DNA from: a virus
Taxonomy: Duplodnaviria > Caudoviricetes
Virus record (IMG/VR): IMGVR_UViG_3300016662_000096
Location: 1-47,597 of that record
Length of the DNA stretch: 47,597 bases
Reading direction: 5' to 3' (one strand)
Positions 19,729 through 28,271 of the stretch are shown here, piece by piece. The first letter of the stretch is position 1. Each line of letters opens with the position of its first letter. Below the pieces are notes generated by a model. It did no database searches, had not been told where the DNA came from, and saw nothing but the letters and a program-made list of their open reading frames with translations. Position numbers and translations under genes: made by a program.

Positions 19729-20190
19729 TTAGTCTTCAGCAAAATATTCTACTGGTTCCCACGGGTCATCGATTGATCTGTATTGAGCGGAATTGTAGCC
19801 ATTTTCAATTAAAAACAATCGGCTGTCCATATGTTTGATTGACTCCTCAAGCCCCCAGTCAATCAATTGATCATGAAAAAAAAGATTGGTTTCATTTGGG
19901 AAGTCGAGAATAATCCGTTCATTGATCGTCTTTTCGCCGATCTTTTTTTTATTTGGGTCATATAGCGACCACTTCGGTTTTCCTTTGCCTGTTTGTGTCA
20001 TTAAAGCAAATAAAGTTTCTCCAATCCCGTTCAAATAATAACGGCAAACAATATTTGTTTTTGTAATGTATTGATGTGCTGCGATCTTAAGGTTTTCCCT
20101 ATTAAAAAATAAAAATGAATTACAGAATTGCATTTTTTTAACCATTTCAAAGAATTTTAAGTTTGAGCAAATTAAAAAACAAATTATCAA
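19729..20190 (-). CDS. Hypothetical protein (start uncertain)
   Basis: ORF fills gap; ends YRSIDDPWE. Confidence 0.5.
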   Translation of the reverse strand: MIICFLICSNLKFFEMVKKMQFCNSFLFFNRENLKIAAHQYITKTNIVCRYYLNGIGETLFALMTQTGKGKPKWSLYDPNKKKIGEKTINERIILDFPNETNLFFHDQLIDWGLEESIKHMDSRLFLIENGYNSAQYRSIDDPWEPVEYFAED

Positions 20191-20259
20191 TGAATTACTC
20201 TTGCATTTATTTTTCTTGATGAGATAATTGGTTTTTTAAAAGTCGAAGGGAATTAGGCT

Positions 20260-20913
20260 ATGAATTATTTCAAACCAAGCCGGATTGAGCCTGAATACAA
20301 AAAGTATTATTTCTACGAAACATTGCATGATGAATTTTTAGAAAATCCATTCTGCAAAGATTGCATAGTTGTCGAAGTTTCTGGACCTGAATATGAAGTA
20401 TGTGAAATCACATCTCATGGTGACAACTACAAGGCAAACAGCAATCCCGGCAAATTCGGCAAAGGATTGATATCAAATAATGATGATCAGTTTAGAACAG
20501 CAAGAGTCGGACTTTTGGGTGAAATGGCATTTGCCAAGATTATGAACTTACAGGTGGATGTTAGTTTCAGGCCATATGGCGACATATCTGATTTTATGCT
20601 TGAGAAGTATAAAACTGATATCAAGTGTCACTACGGATTATACAAAACTGATCCTTATAATTTTGAGCAACACACAACTGAAAGAGGAACGATTAAAGAA
20701 ATTACTAAGGATTTATATGTCCAATCATTTTTGGAAAATGAAGATCGTGTCGCCAAAACAGCAAAAATAGTTTTTATTGGTTACTACACCAAAAGAATGG
20801 TAGAAAAGTCACAAAAGGTATCCTCAGCCAGAGGATCATTCCTTAATCACAAACTTACTTTTGTGTCTGCAAGACCAATACTTGAGTTAGTAAAAAGGTT
20901 TAGCATAGTGTAA
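20260..20913 (+). CDS. PD-(D/E)xK nuclease-like protein
   Basis: GLLGEMAF...GDISDF...TDIK. Confidence 0.5.
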   Translation: MNYFKPSRIEPEYKKYYFYETLHDEFLENPFCKDCIVVEVSGPEYEVCEITSHGDNYKANSNPGKFGKGLISNNDDQFRTARVGLLGEMAFAKIMNLQVDVSFRPYGDISDFMLEKYKTDIKCHYGLYKTDPYNFEQHTTERGTIKEITKDLYVQSFLENEDRVAKTAKIVFIGYYTKRMVEKSQKVSSARGSFLNHKLTFVSARPILELVKRFSIV

Positions 20914-20983
20914 ATATTTAACAAGCTGTCGGGGTATTATTCCTCGATAATGAAGAGGTCGGGGTTTACTACTCCGCAATATT

Positions 20984-21583
20984 ATGAAAAGTTTTTCACA
21001 AATAATGCAAGAATTTAAATGTCAAAATAATCCATTAAAAACAGATAAGGAATCTGCCCACAGTTATATTTCTTCTTACTATGAAGAAAAGTTTTTGCCC
21101 TATAAAGACAAAGAGATAGTCATAGCAGAAATAGGCGTTCTACATGGTGAAAGTCTATGCCTTTGGGCAGAATATTTTAATCGTGCAAGAATTATTGGAA
21201 TTGATTGCAATTATCCAACACTCGAAAAATATAAAAATTACAAAAATATAGAATTTTATAGAACTGATGCTTATGATGCTGATTTTGTAAAAAAATTGCC
21301 TCAATTAGATATTGCAATTGATGATGGCCCTCATAGGCTACACCACCAGAAAAAATTTATAGAATTGTATTTGCCAAAAATAAAAGAAGATGGTTTGCTA
21401 ATAATAGAAGACATACAGGAAATCAAAAATATTTTTGATTTAAAAATTCAAGCTGATAAAACCTGCAACCAAATTCAAAAATCCATACATAAAAAACATT
21501 ATGATTTAAGAAAGAATAAAAATAGGTATGATGATATAATATTTGAAGTTATTGTAAAAAAATCAAGAAAAATTTTTATTTAA
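20984..21583 (+). CDS. Class I SAM-dependent (sugar O-)methyltransferase
   Basis: TDKESAHSY, EIGVLHGESL, IIGID, DIAIDDGPH, GLLIIEDI. Confidence 0.85.
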   Translation: MKSFSQIMQEFKCQNNPLKTDKESAHSYISSYYEEKFLPYKDKEIVIAEIGVLHGESLCLWAEYFNRARIIGIDCNYPTLEKYKNYKNIEFYRTDAYDADFVKKLPQLDIAIDDGPHRLHHQKKFIELYLPKIKEDGLLIIEDIQEIKNIFDLKIQADKTCNQIQKSIHKKHYDLRKNKNRYDDIIFEVIVKKSRKIFI

Positions 21584-21584
21584 A

Positions 21585-21655
21585 TCGACTTGCCGGGGAT
21601 CGAACCCGGTAAGGCAGCTTTATAAGAACTGCTGGGAGTCCACCCCCACAAGTCG
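21585..21655 (-). tRNA. tRNA-Ile(UAU), no encoded CCA
   Basis: Acceptor CGACTTG/CAAGTCG+A, D arm GGGG-TGGAC-TCCC, anticodon stem GCAGTT/AGCTGC with loop CT-TAT-AA, T arm CCGGG-TTCGATC-CCCGG. Confidence 0.85.
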
Positions 21656-21667
21656 CTCTGCGTTTTA

Positions 21668-21696
21668 ATTATAATAATCACAATTGAACTTGTCAA
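21668..21696 (-). promoter_or_regulatory. Perfect consensus sigma70 promoter driving the tRNA
   Basis: TTGACA (21696-21691), 17 bp spacer, TATAAT (21673-21668), 12 bp upstream of the tRNA 5' end. Confidence 0.85.
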
Positions 21697-21733
21697 TTTT
21701 TTGAAATTAAATCTTTTTTCAATAGATATTTTC

Positions 21734-22627
21734 ATGAAAAATAAGACGAAAAATTTCAAAGAATATTTGAAAAATGAAGAATTATTTAACCCTCCGGCAA
21801 TTGTTAGGAAGGCAGAGAATCCAACATTGCAAATATTGCAAGATGCTTTAAAGTATGTTGAACAAGCAAAAGATTATCTGATCAAAATTGTTTCCTCCAT
21901 ATCAGTTAACGAAGTAAGCTCTAACTTTGCTTGGAATATGATTGAAAGATTCATTGAGAACGATCAGTTTAATGACTACTTGAAAGCTAAATTTGGCAAT
22001 ATCAGACCAACATCAAAGTCTGGCAGTTATGACTATGCTTGTGGGATGGATAGTTGCGCCTTTTTTTATACAAAAGATTATGTGGTTAAGTTTATTGGCG
22101 GCAATTATGCTGATCGTGAATTCGCAATTGCAAATGCTGTGAAGGGACAACTAAGCATAGTTCCTATCGTTGATGCTTTTGAAGCCGAATTACAAAGTGA
22201 AGGATACATCCAACAAGTTGTTGTGATGAAAAAACTTCAAACAGGGTTTTATGACATACCGCAAAGCGTTACAAAAGCCGCCAACGCTATTTCCGGTGTC
22301 ATTTACAATCTACAAGAAATTGTTGAAAGAAACCCAGACTTGACTGTCGAATATGTCCGCAAACGCCTCACACTCGCTTATATCCTTCATAAAGTTGGAC
22401 ATCTTGATGAAAATGTGGCAAATGCCGTCAAGGACATCATGAAAATCATCAGGTTTGTTTATGATAAGTCAGGCATGGTTTTGGGGGCAGATATTTCAGG
22501 TGGAAGAAACATTGGAATGTCTGGTCGTACAAACAAAGTGATGATTTTCGATTACGGAAGGCCATCTCCTCATGGTAGAAAAGTAAGCCAACTCTCAAGC
22601 GAAGACCCTACAGCAATTCAAGTTTAA
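21734..22627 (+). CDS. Protein-kinase-like fold protein with capsid-targeting-like leader
   Basis: G-loop-like CGMDSCAF, VVKF...RE, VMKKL, DISGGRN (catalytic D...N), IFDYG. ATG 21734. Confidence 0.6.
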   Translation: MKNKTKNFKEYLKNEELFNPPAIVRKAENPTLQILQDALKYVEQAKDYLIKIVSSISVNEVSSNFAWNMIERFIENDQFNDYLKAKFGNIRPTSKSGSYDYACGMDSCAFFYTKDYVVKFIGGNYADREFAIANAVKGQLSIVPIVDAFEAELQSEGYIQQVVVMKKLQTGFYDIPQSVTKAANAISGVIYNLQEIVERNPDLTVEYVRKRLTLAYILHKVGHLDENVANAVKDIMKIIRFVYDKSGMVLGADISGGRNIGMSGRTNKVMIFDYGRPSPHGRKVSQLSSEDPTAIQV

Positions 22628-23154
22628 CCTACTAAATCACCAATGCCGTTTAAATTAAACTCCAGAAATCGCTCCCAGTCTTTTTTTTCATAATTGACTT
22701 TATCGTTTATTTCATGAACTTTTTTGATTATGTCATCCCAAGCATGACCATAATTTCCTAAAATTTCTTCATCTTGTTCAACTTCACGGATGAACCAATA
22801 TACTGCTTTACCGGCATGAATTGACTTTTGTGGGTGTTCATCACCAACATATCTGATTTCTACATTTTGTTTGCCGTCATCGTGATTAACTATTCCAGCG
22901 TAGCCTAGTGGAACAATTGTGTAATTACCCATGTCAACCAAGTTGCCTTTTCTTTTTACATTAGCTGCAAATTTGTAAGCGTTGAAAAAGTAAGTACATT
23001 GGTCTGCAACTCCTCCACGACGAACCATCACTCCGGTAATCGGGAGAAATTCACCTTTGTTGATTTTTTTCTTTGCAAAAAGACCTTTGCCAGCCCCTTT
23101 GATGGTTGATTCTTTAATGTAAAATCTATCGTCGTCTTCTTCAAAAATAATCAT
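22624..23154 (-). CDS. SET-domain lysine methyltransferase-like protein
   Basis: ESTIKGAGKGLFAKKKINKGE, VNH, REVEQDEEILGNYG. Confidence 0.8.
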   Translation of the reverse strand: MIIFEEDDDRFYIKESTIKGAGKGLFAKKKINKGEFLPITGVMVRRGGVADQCTYFFNAYKFAANVKRKGNLVDMGNYTIVPLGYAGIVNHDDGKQNVEIRYVGDEHPQKSIHAGKAVYWFIREVEQDEEILGNYGHAWDDIIKKVHEINDKVNYEKKDWERFLEFNLNGIGDLVG

Positions 23155-23420
23155 TCTATTTGTCCATTCAGTATTGCTTCGTTCAATTCATTCAAAGTAA
23201 TTTTTCGTCCAATAAATTCACAGAAGCTCTCCAAAAAATGGTTGGTGATTGAAAGTATTATGCTTTCTTTCATCCCTTTATGATGCTCTATGAGTGATTT
23301 AGCGTGTTCAAACTCCTTTGGTTCCATGCACCAATCAAAAACAAGACCGTCAACACTTAAGGCATTGACGGTCTTGTTCATTTCATCGCTGTGAATTTGT
23401 ACTATCTCAATCTTTCTCAT
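23151..23420 (-). CDS. Hypothetical protein
   Basis: 89 aa, ATGA coupling to the SET gene. Confidence 0.65.
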   Translation of the reverse strand: MRKIEIVQIHSDEMNKTVNALSVDGLVFDWCMEPKEFEHAKSLIEHHKGMKESIILSITNHFLESFCEFIGRKITLNELNEAILNGQIE

Positions 23421-23447
23421 AATTCTTATGAGTAAAACAAATTTTTT

Positions 23448-23789
23448 TTAATTTAAATGATGTCCTATTTTCATGATAACCAAACCACTAATCATCGTGG
23501 CCATACCAAATGTGCCCCAAAAATCAAGTTTGACACCAAAAAATATGATCGGGGTTAAATAAAAGACTATCATATAAACCAAGTCCCACATCAATACAAA
23601 TATAAAAAATTGTTCCTTGTCCGAACTTAATAACCTAGAAGAAAAATACCAAAGTAAACTATGTATAAGACCAATTAACATGCAGTATATAAAAAAATTC
23701 AGATTTATTTTATTGATGCTCTCATCGTAAGAAATATAAGCGTATAAAAAATATACACAAGCAAAAAGAAACAAAAGTAGGCATTGCAT
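23448..23789 (-). CDS. Small 4-TM membrane protein (SMR/DMT-like), paralog of 45082..45411
   Basis: Four hydrophobic segments, WDLVYMIVFYLTPIIFFGVKL, AAGGAGG RBS. Confidence 0.7.
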   Translation of the reverse strand: MQCLLLFLFACVYFLYAYISYDESINKINLNFFIYCMLIGLIHSLLWYFSSRLLSSDKEQFFIFVLMWDLVYMIVFYLTPIIFFGVKLDFWGTFGMATMISGLVIMKIGHHLN

Positions 23790-24023
23790 AAACCTCCTTG
23801 TATTTTAGTCAGAAATCATGCCCGACTAGTATATTTATCAATTATGTTGTGAAATATTTTGTCATTTTATGCATCGTTAATTTTCTTGAAAACTCCAGCA
23901 CGGGAATCAATTTCAATTTTTTTATAGTTTGGAAGCAGAAAATTTTCGAATAGTTTCTTAGTTTTTTTCAATATTATATTTTTTAACATAATAATTTATC
24001 CTATATCGCAGAAAATTTTTCAT

Positions 24024-24671
24024 TTAATTCACCATAGGATTCGTTTTGGGAACTGTAATTCCCATTCTTTTTAATTGTGTGTCCACAGCGTCCTTTATAA
24101 CATCCGTTGGTATTGTGTGACCGAAATCATAGGTTCTAAGTTCATAGCCAAAACGGTCTTTTAGAGCAAAACTATCTCTTGGCAAAACTTGTTTGTCTTT
24201 CATTCCATGAATCACTATTGTATCTCTTGGTAATGTGCTAGGATCAGCACCAAATATATTCCACGCTGGCGCACCTAAAACAAATTTTGAATGAGGATAA
24301 TTGTGTGCTACTTGCATCACTAACGCACCGCCTTGACTTGTACCCACAACAACATCTGGAACAAACTCAGAATCTTTCATTTCTGAGTCGTGTTTTGAAA
24401 CATTTTTTTGAAGGTGATCTTGGCCTAAGTCCTTCACACTCTTGCCGAAAAAAGAATGCATAGGTTGAAATTGATTTAACCAGCCAAGATAAGCCGCATA
24501 ACGATTTGTGGTTGTGCCGACTTGTTTGACTTCATAACCCATGGAAGCAAGTTCACGGGCACCAACGCCTGTGCTGCCCATGCCTGTAATCCACAGCACC
24601 TTGGGCGCAACATATTGCGTTTCTAAAAATTGATTTCTTTTAGTTTTTAACCATGAGTAAAAATTACGCAT
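24024..24671 (-). CDS. Alpha/beta hydrolase
   Basis: GTSQGG nucleophile elbow, IHGMKD, GH. Leader MRNFYSWL. Confidence 0.8.
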   Translation of the reverse strand: MRNFYSWLKTKRNQFLETQYVAPKVLWITGMGSTGVGARELASMGYEVKQVGTTTNRYAAYLGWLNQFQPMHSFFGKSVKDLGQDHLQKNVSKHDSEMKDSEFVPDVVVGTSQGGALVMQVAHNYPHSKFVLGAPAWNIFGADPSTLPRDTIVIHGMKDKQVLPRDSFALKDRFGYELRTYDFGHTIPTDVIKDAVDTQLKRMGITVPKTNPMVN

Positions 24672-24747
24672 TTGACCTCAAATTTATGTATTGCAGAAAC
24701 TTTCAGTTGTGTTAATATCTTGCCATTCTTCAAGATGGAGAAACATT

Positions 24748-25458
24748 ATGAAAGAAGGATTCGTGCGGGAAGACGGTAAGGTTTTTTGGAAGAGTTGTAA
24801 GGAAAAAGGCGATATTTGGCTGACTCCAGAACAATATCAGAAATGGTGCGATACAAGAAAAAGATATCGTCAGCGTTGCGCCCAAGAATATTACAAAAGA
24901 AGAGAAAAACAAAATCCTATGGATCGGAATTATTTTGGCAAATATGATTTTGCAAGAAATTTGTATTTTGTTGGGATTTCATCGGCAGGAAAGGAAGTTT
25001 GGGTCAATAAAGATAGACTCGAAAAAATATTAGAAAGGAAAAAGAGATACAAGAAAAATTATATCAAAAAACTACAAGAAGCACCTAAAAATAATTTAAA
25101 GTTTGGTGATCAACATCCTGATGACCCAAATCTGTATGTTTATCTAATCGTTGGAAACAAACCTTTTTTTGGCACTAAAGAAAAGCTTGAAGAAAGAAAA
25201 AAAGCTTTGAGAAAATCCGGTATTTTGCGTGATATTAAGTACAAACACAAACGCAAGGATATCTTGCAAAAATTAGGCGATAATCGAATTCATCGTGGTG
25301 CGTATGATCTTACAACAGGGCTTGTGTTCTGGGAATATACTCAAACCGGTAATGAAAAATGGTTGCCCGTGGATCAATTCCACAAATTAAGATTAGCCGA
25401 TTGTGAAAAAAGAAAACGGGACAGACAGCGCAAAAAACTCTTGAGTAATGAAAATTAA
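24748..25458 (+). CDS. Very basic repeat protein (putative nucleic-acid binding)
   Basis: GGAG then ATG 24748. Three to four repeats of G.vF..y...G.E.W (REDGKVFW..GDIWLT; YFVGISSAGKEVWV; GLVFWEYTQTGNEKWL), each followed by a K/R-rich helix. Confidence 0.65.
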   Translation: MKEGFVREDGKVFWKSCKEKGDIWLTPEQYQKWCDTRKRYRQRCAQEYYKRREKQNPMDRNYFGKYDFARNLYFVGISSAGKEVWVNKDRLEKILERKKRYKKNYIKKLQEAPKNNLKFGDQHPDDPNLYVYLIVGNKPFFGTKEKLEERKKALRKSGILRDIKYKHKRKDILQKLGDNRIHRGAYDLTTGLVFWEYTQTGNEKWLPVDQFHKLRLADCEKRKRDRQRKKLLSNEN

Positions 25459-25468
25459 ATGATACAAT
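25441..25468 (+). promoter_or_regulatory. Sigma70-type promoter upstream of the structured RNA
   Basis: TTGAGT-16 bp-TACAAT with extended TG. Confidence 0.55.
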
Positions 25469-25471
25469 GGA

Positions 25472-25660
25472 TCAACGGTTGGGCGGGTGTGCTAGCCCGC
25501 TGTCGGGGTTGGAGGTTTGTGTCATTGCCTCAACCGATGGTTAATCGTTGAAGAGTATCTTTCGCTCTGAGATTACCATACCAAATGAATCAAGACAGGA
25601 GTTGCGGTCTTGATGCCCCGACAACAACCTTCAATCAACGAAGAACATGCTCTTGTTGTT
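25472..25660 (+). ncRNA. Unknown structured ncRNA
   Basis: GC-rich ORF-free island with nested helices: GGTTG/CAACC, GCGGG/CCCGC, TGTCGGGGT/GCCCCGACA, GAGGT/GCCTC, ATCAAGAC/GTCTTGAT. Confidence 0.6.
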
Positions 25661-25742
25661 GGAATTCTTTGTGCCGTTATTATTTCTATACTTATATTGA
25701 TTAAATTATATCGAATGATTTTTGATGAATAATAAATAAAAT

Positions 25743-26459
25743 ATGACCAAATTAAAGTTTTTAGTTACTGGTTCGGGAAGAAGCGGCACAAATTATATGT
25801 GCCGCTTCTTGACAAGTGTCAACATCATGTGTGGTCATGAATCAATTTTTACATACGAAGGAATTACTGAAGCAATTTACAGGCTCCACGATCCAAAACT
25901 TGTTTCAACAAGTATTTGCTCAACTCTCGACAAAACCTCATGGTTTGATCCACAAAAACAAATTGCTGAATCAAGCTATTTGGCTGCGCCATATTTAGAT
26001 GATCCAATTTTAGAAGATACAAAAATCTTACACCTCATCAGAAATCCTCTGAAAGTAATTAGTTCAACTCACATAGATGCTAATTTCTTCAATCTAGAAG
26101 AGAAAATACAAGAACCTTTTGTTAATTTTGTATACAGTCATTTACCTGAATTAAAATTGATTGAAGATAGATTAGAAAGAAATATAATTTATTACATTCT
26201 TTGGAATAAAATGATAGAAGAAAAATGTAAAAACAAAAATGTTTTTGTACACAAAATTGAAAACGGCATTACAAAAGAACTTTTTGAATTCCTTGAGATA
26301 GAAAATACTGAAAATTATTACAATGATATTAAAACTAATTCTTGGAATGTAAGAAAAAAAGATTTATCTTTTGATAATATAAGTAAAAATTATGTTGCAT
26401 CAATGTTGCATGACATCATGAAAAAATATGATTATATGCCTAAAAAATTCCTAATTTAA
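25743..26459 (+). CDS. Sulfotransferase
   Basis: VTGSGRSGT, CGHE, HLIRNPLKVISS. Confidence 0.8.
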   Translation: MTKLKFLVTGSGRSGTNYMCRFLTSVNIMCGHESIFTYEGITEAIYRLHDPKLVSTSICSTLDKTSWFDPQKQIAESSYLAAPYLDDPILEDTKILHLIRNPLKVISSTHIDANFFNLEEKIQEPFVNFVYSHLPELKLIEDRLERNIIYYILWNKMIEEKCKNKNVFVHKIENGITKELFEFLEIENTENYYNDIKTNSWNVRKKDLSFDNISKNYVASMLHDIMKKYDYMPKKFLI

Positions 26460-27190
26460 TGCCATGCGATTTTCTTATCAAGAATGTCCTCCAAATTTCT
26501 CATAGATTTTTTATAATAATTCCACACTTGCATATAGTCATTCTTTGTAATTTTCTCATGATTTTGTGAACTATCAATTGAATGAAACATTCCCGTATCA
26601 AATTTAGAAATGTTTATGTAATCACATATATCAAAAAAGAATTTTTTTTGATCTCTTACTAAATCATCGAAAAAATAAACCTTAATGTTTTTATTTAAAT
26701 CGAAATATTTCAAGAAATGATTTAAATGATCACAGTATAAACCACGATTTTTCATATTTTGGAAGTTAGAATTGAAAGATTCCAAAAATGTTTGATTTTT
26801 GGGTATGTTGGAATATGTATATTTTTCCATACGATACTGGCTAAAAGCTCGATCAACAGGATTTCTAAGAATTACAAATAATTTTATATTTGGAAATGTT
26901 TGTTTTATAAACTCAGGGTTGTTACTATGATTGAAATATTCAGGAGTAATATCTCCAGATATTTTGCTTCCAAAACTGTTTCTGTATAACTCCAGACTGA
27001 GTTTTTGACCATAGAGTGGATGAAAATTTCTTAACTCATTTTTTTGATACCAAGGATAAAAATACCTGAGTTCCTTGACTAAAGGCATAGAACATTCTGG
27101 ATGTTTACATAAGTTGTTATACAACCATGTAGTTCCGCATTTTTGTGAACCGAGACAAATAAAATTTGGTGCCCTATCAGTCTTAAGCAT
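26456..27190 (-). CDS. Sulfotransferase (heparan-sulfate-ST-like family)
   Basis: PNFICLGSQKCGTTWL, KELRYF, GDITPEY, ILRNPVDRAFSQY. Confidence 0.9.
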   Translation of the reverse strand: MLKTDRAPNFICLGSQKCGTTWLYNNLCKHPECSMPLVKELRYFYPWYQKNELRNFHPLYGQKLSLELYRNSFGSKISGDITPEYFNHSNNPEFIKQTFPNIKLFVILRNPVDRAFSQYRMEKYTYSNIPKNQTFLESFNSNFQNMKNRGLYCDHLNHFLKYFDLNKNIKVYFFDDLVRDQKKFFFDICDYINISKFDTGMFHSIDSSQNHEKITKNDYMQVWNYYKKSMRNLEDILDKKIAWH

Positions 27191-27408
27191 AAATTATATA
27201 TCTTGAGATAATTTTGTTTCTTACACAATACAAGTAGTTTTTTCGTGGTAGAATCTCATGGGTAAATCAAGAACCTATGGAGAATTCCCTATGGATAGAG
27301 CCTTGTCGATGAACCATCTGTTAAGCAGAAACATCGTTGATAAGTTGATGGAAACGAAAAAACCAGTCCCTACTCGTATTAAAGCAGGAATGAGGGTGAT
27401 AAATAATT

Positions 27409-28146
27409 TTAGTTCATCCATGAAGATAGGTCTCTACCGATAATTTTTGATGTCTCGTTTATATGATTTTTATAAAAATCAATCATTATATTTTTATCAT
27501 TTTTTGTTAATTGTATGTTTTTATTGATTTTTTCGTATTCTTCTAATTTTTTTTTATCATCTGCAATTCTTGGCATCCATTTATCATCGAAATATTTTGA
27601 TTTATGATTTTCTACACCTAAAAAATCATATAAATTTAAAATAAAACTCTCAGGATCATTTTTTAGATCATCATAAAATAATGTTGAAAAATTATTTTCA
27701 AAAAATAAAATATATTCTTTTAAAACATCAGGATATATTCCCAGACTTTTAATTCTATGAACATCTGATTTCCAAATATCTATAAATGATTTTTTTAAAT
27801 CTATTATTCTTATAAATCTATGATATTTAAATTGAGAAAAAGCTCTATCTATTGGATTCCTTAAGCAAACTAATGTTTTTGCGTAAGGCAGAGTTTTTTT
27901 GATTTTATAAGCATCTCCTAAAGAAAAATAATCAGGAGTATTATCAACTACAATTTTATTTGGTAAAAATTGTGATCTATACCAGTTTAAACCTTTTTGA
28001 AAATTTTTATTGAAAAAATGCACTTCTTTGTTTGCGGCGGTGCTTATTTCTGGACAATCTTCCAACTGTTTCCAAATCCAACTTGTAGCAGACTTGCCTA
28101 CGCCAACAACCAAGTGTGTTGGCAAACTGTTTACTGAATACAACAT
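27409..28146 (-). CDS. Sulfotransferase
   Basis: VGVGKSATSW, KEVHFF, TPDY, LRNPIDRAFSQ. Confidence 0.88.
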   Translation of the reverse strand: MLYSVNSLPTHLVVGVGKSATSWIWKQLEDCPEISTAANKEVHFFNKNFQKGLNWYRSQFLPNKIVVDNTPDYFSLGDAYKIKKTLPYAKTLVCLRNPIDRAFSQFKYHRFIRIIDLKKSFIDIWKSDVHRIKSLGIYPDVLKEYILFFENNFSTLFYDDLKNDPESFILNLYDFLGVENHKSKYFDDKWMPRIADDKKKLEEYEKINKNIQLTKNDKNIMIDFYKNHINETSKIIGRDLSSWMN

Positions 28147-28152
28147 CCTACC

Positions 28153-28227
28153 TCAAATCACATAATCAATCCACTCTTCATTTTCATCCATCCAAGCAAA
28201 ATCATCGCCAAAATAAATGATGCCCAT
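28153..28227 (-). CDS. 24-aa acidic peptide MGIIYFGDDFAWMDENEEWIDYVI
   Basis: Not in ORF track. AGGAG RBS; its TGA overlaps the GAGG RBS of the next sulfotransferase. Confidence 0.5.
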   Translation of the reverse strand: MGIIYFGDDFAWMDENEEWIDYVI

Positions 28228-28271
28228 AAAAACTCCTGTTATATTATATATTCAAATGAAATCAGCTTACA

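Noticed and set aside
21585-21655. Ochre suppressor (UUA) or tRNA-Pyl
   Set aside because: The symmetric 7-nt loop CT-TAT-AA centres on TAT, and the canonical TTCGA T loop is unlike tRNA-Pyl.
10396-23154. Eukaryotic or giant-virus origin suggested by RCC1 and SET domains
   Set aside because: Shine-Dalgarno sites, ATGA-coupled operons, sigma70 promoters, a sigma-like factor and RuvB point to a bacterial virus.
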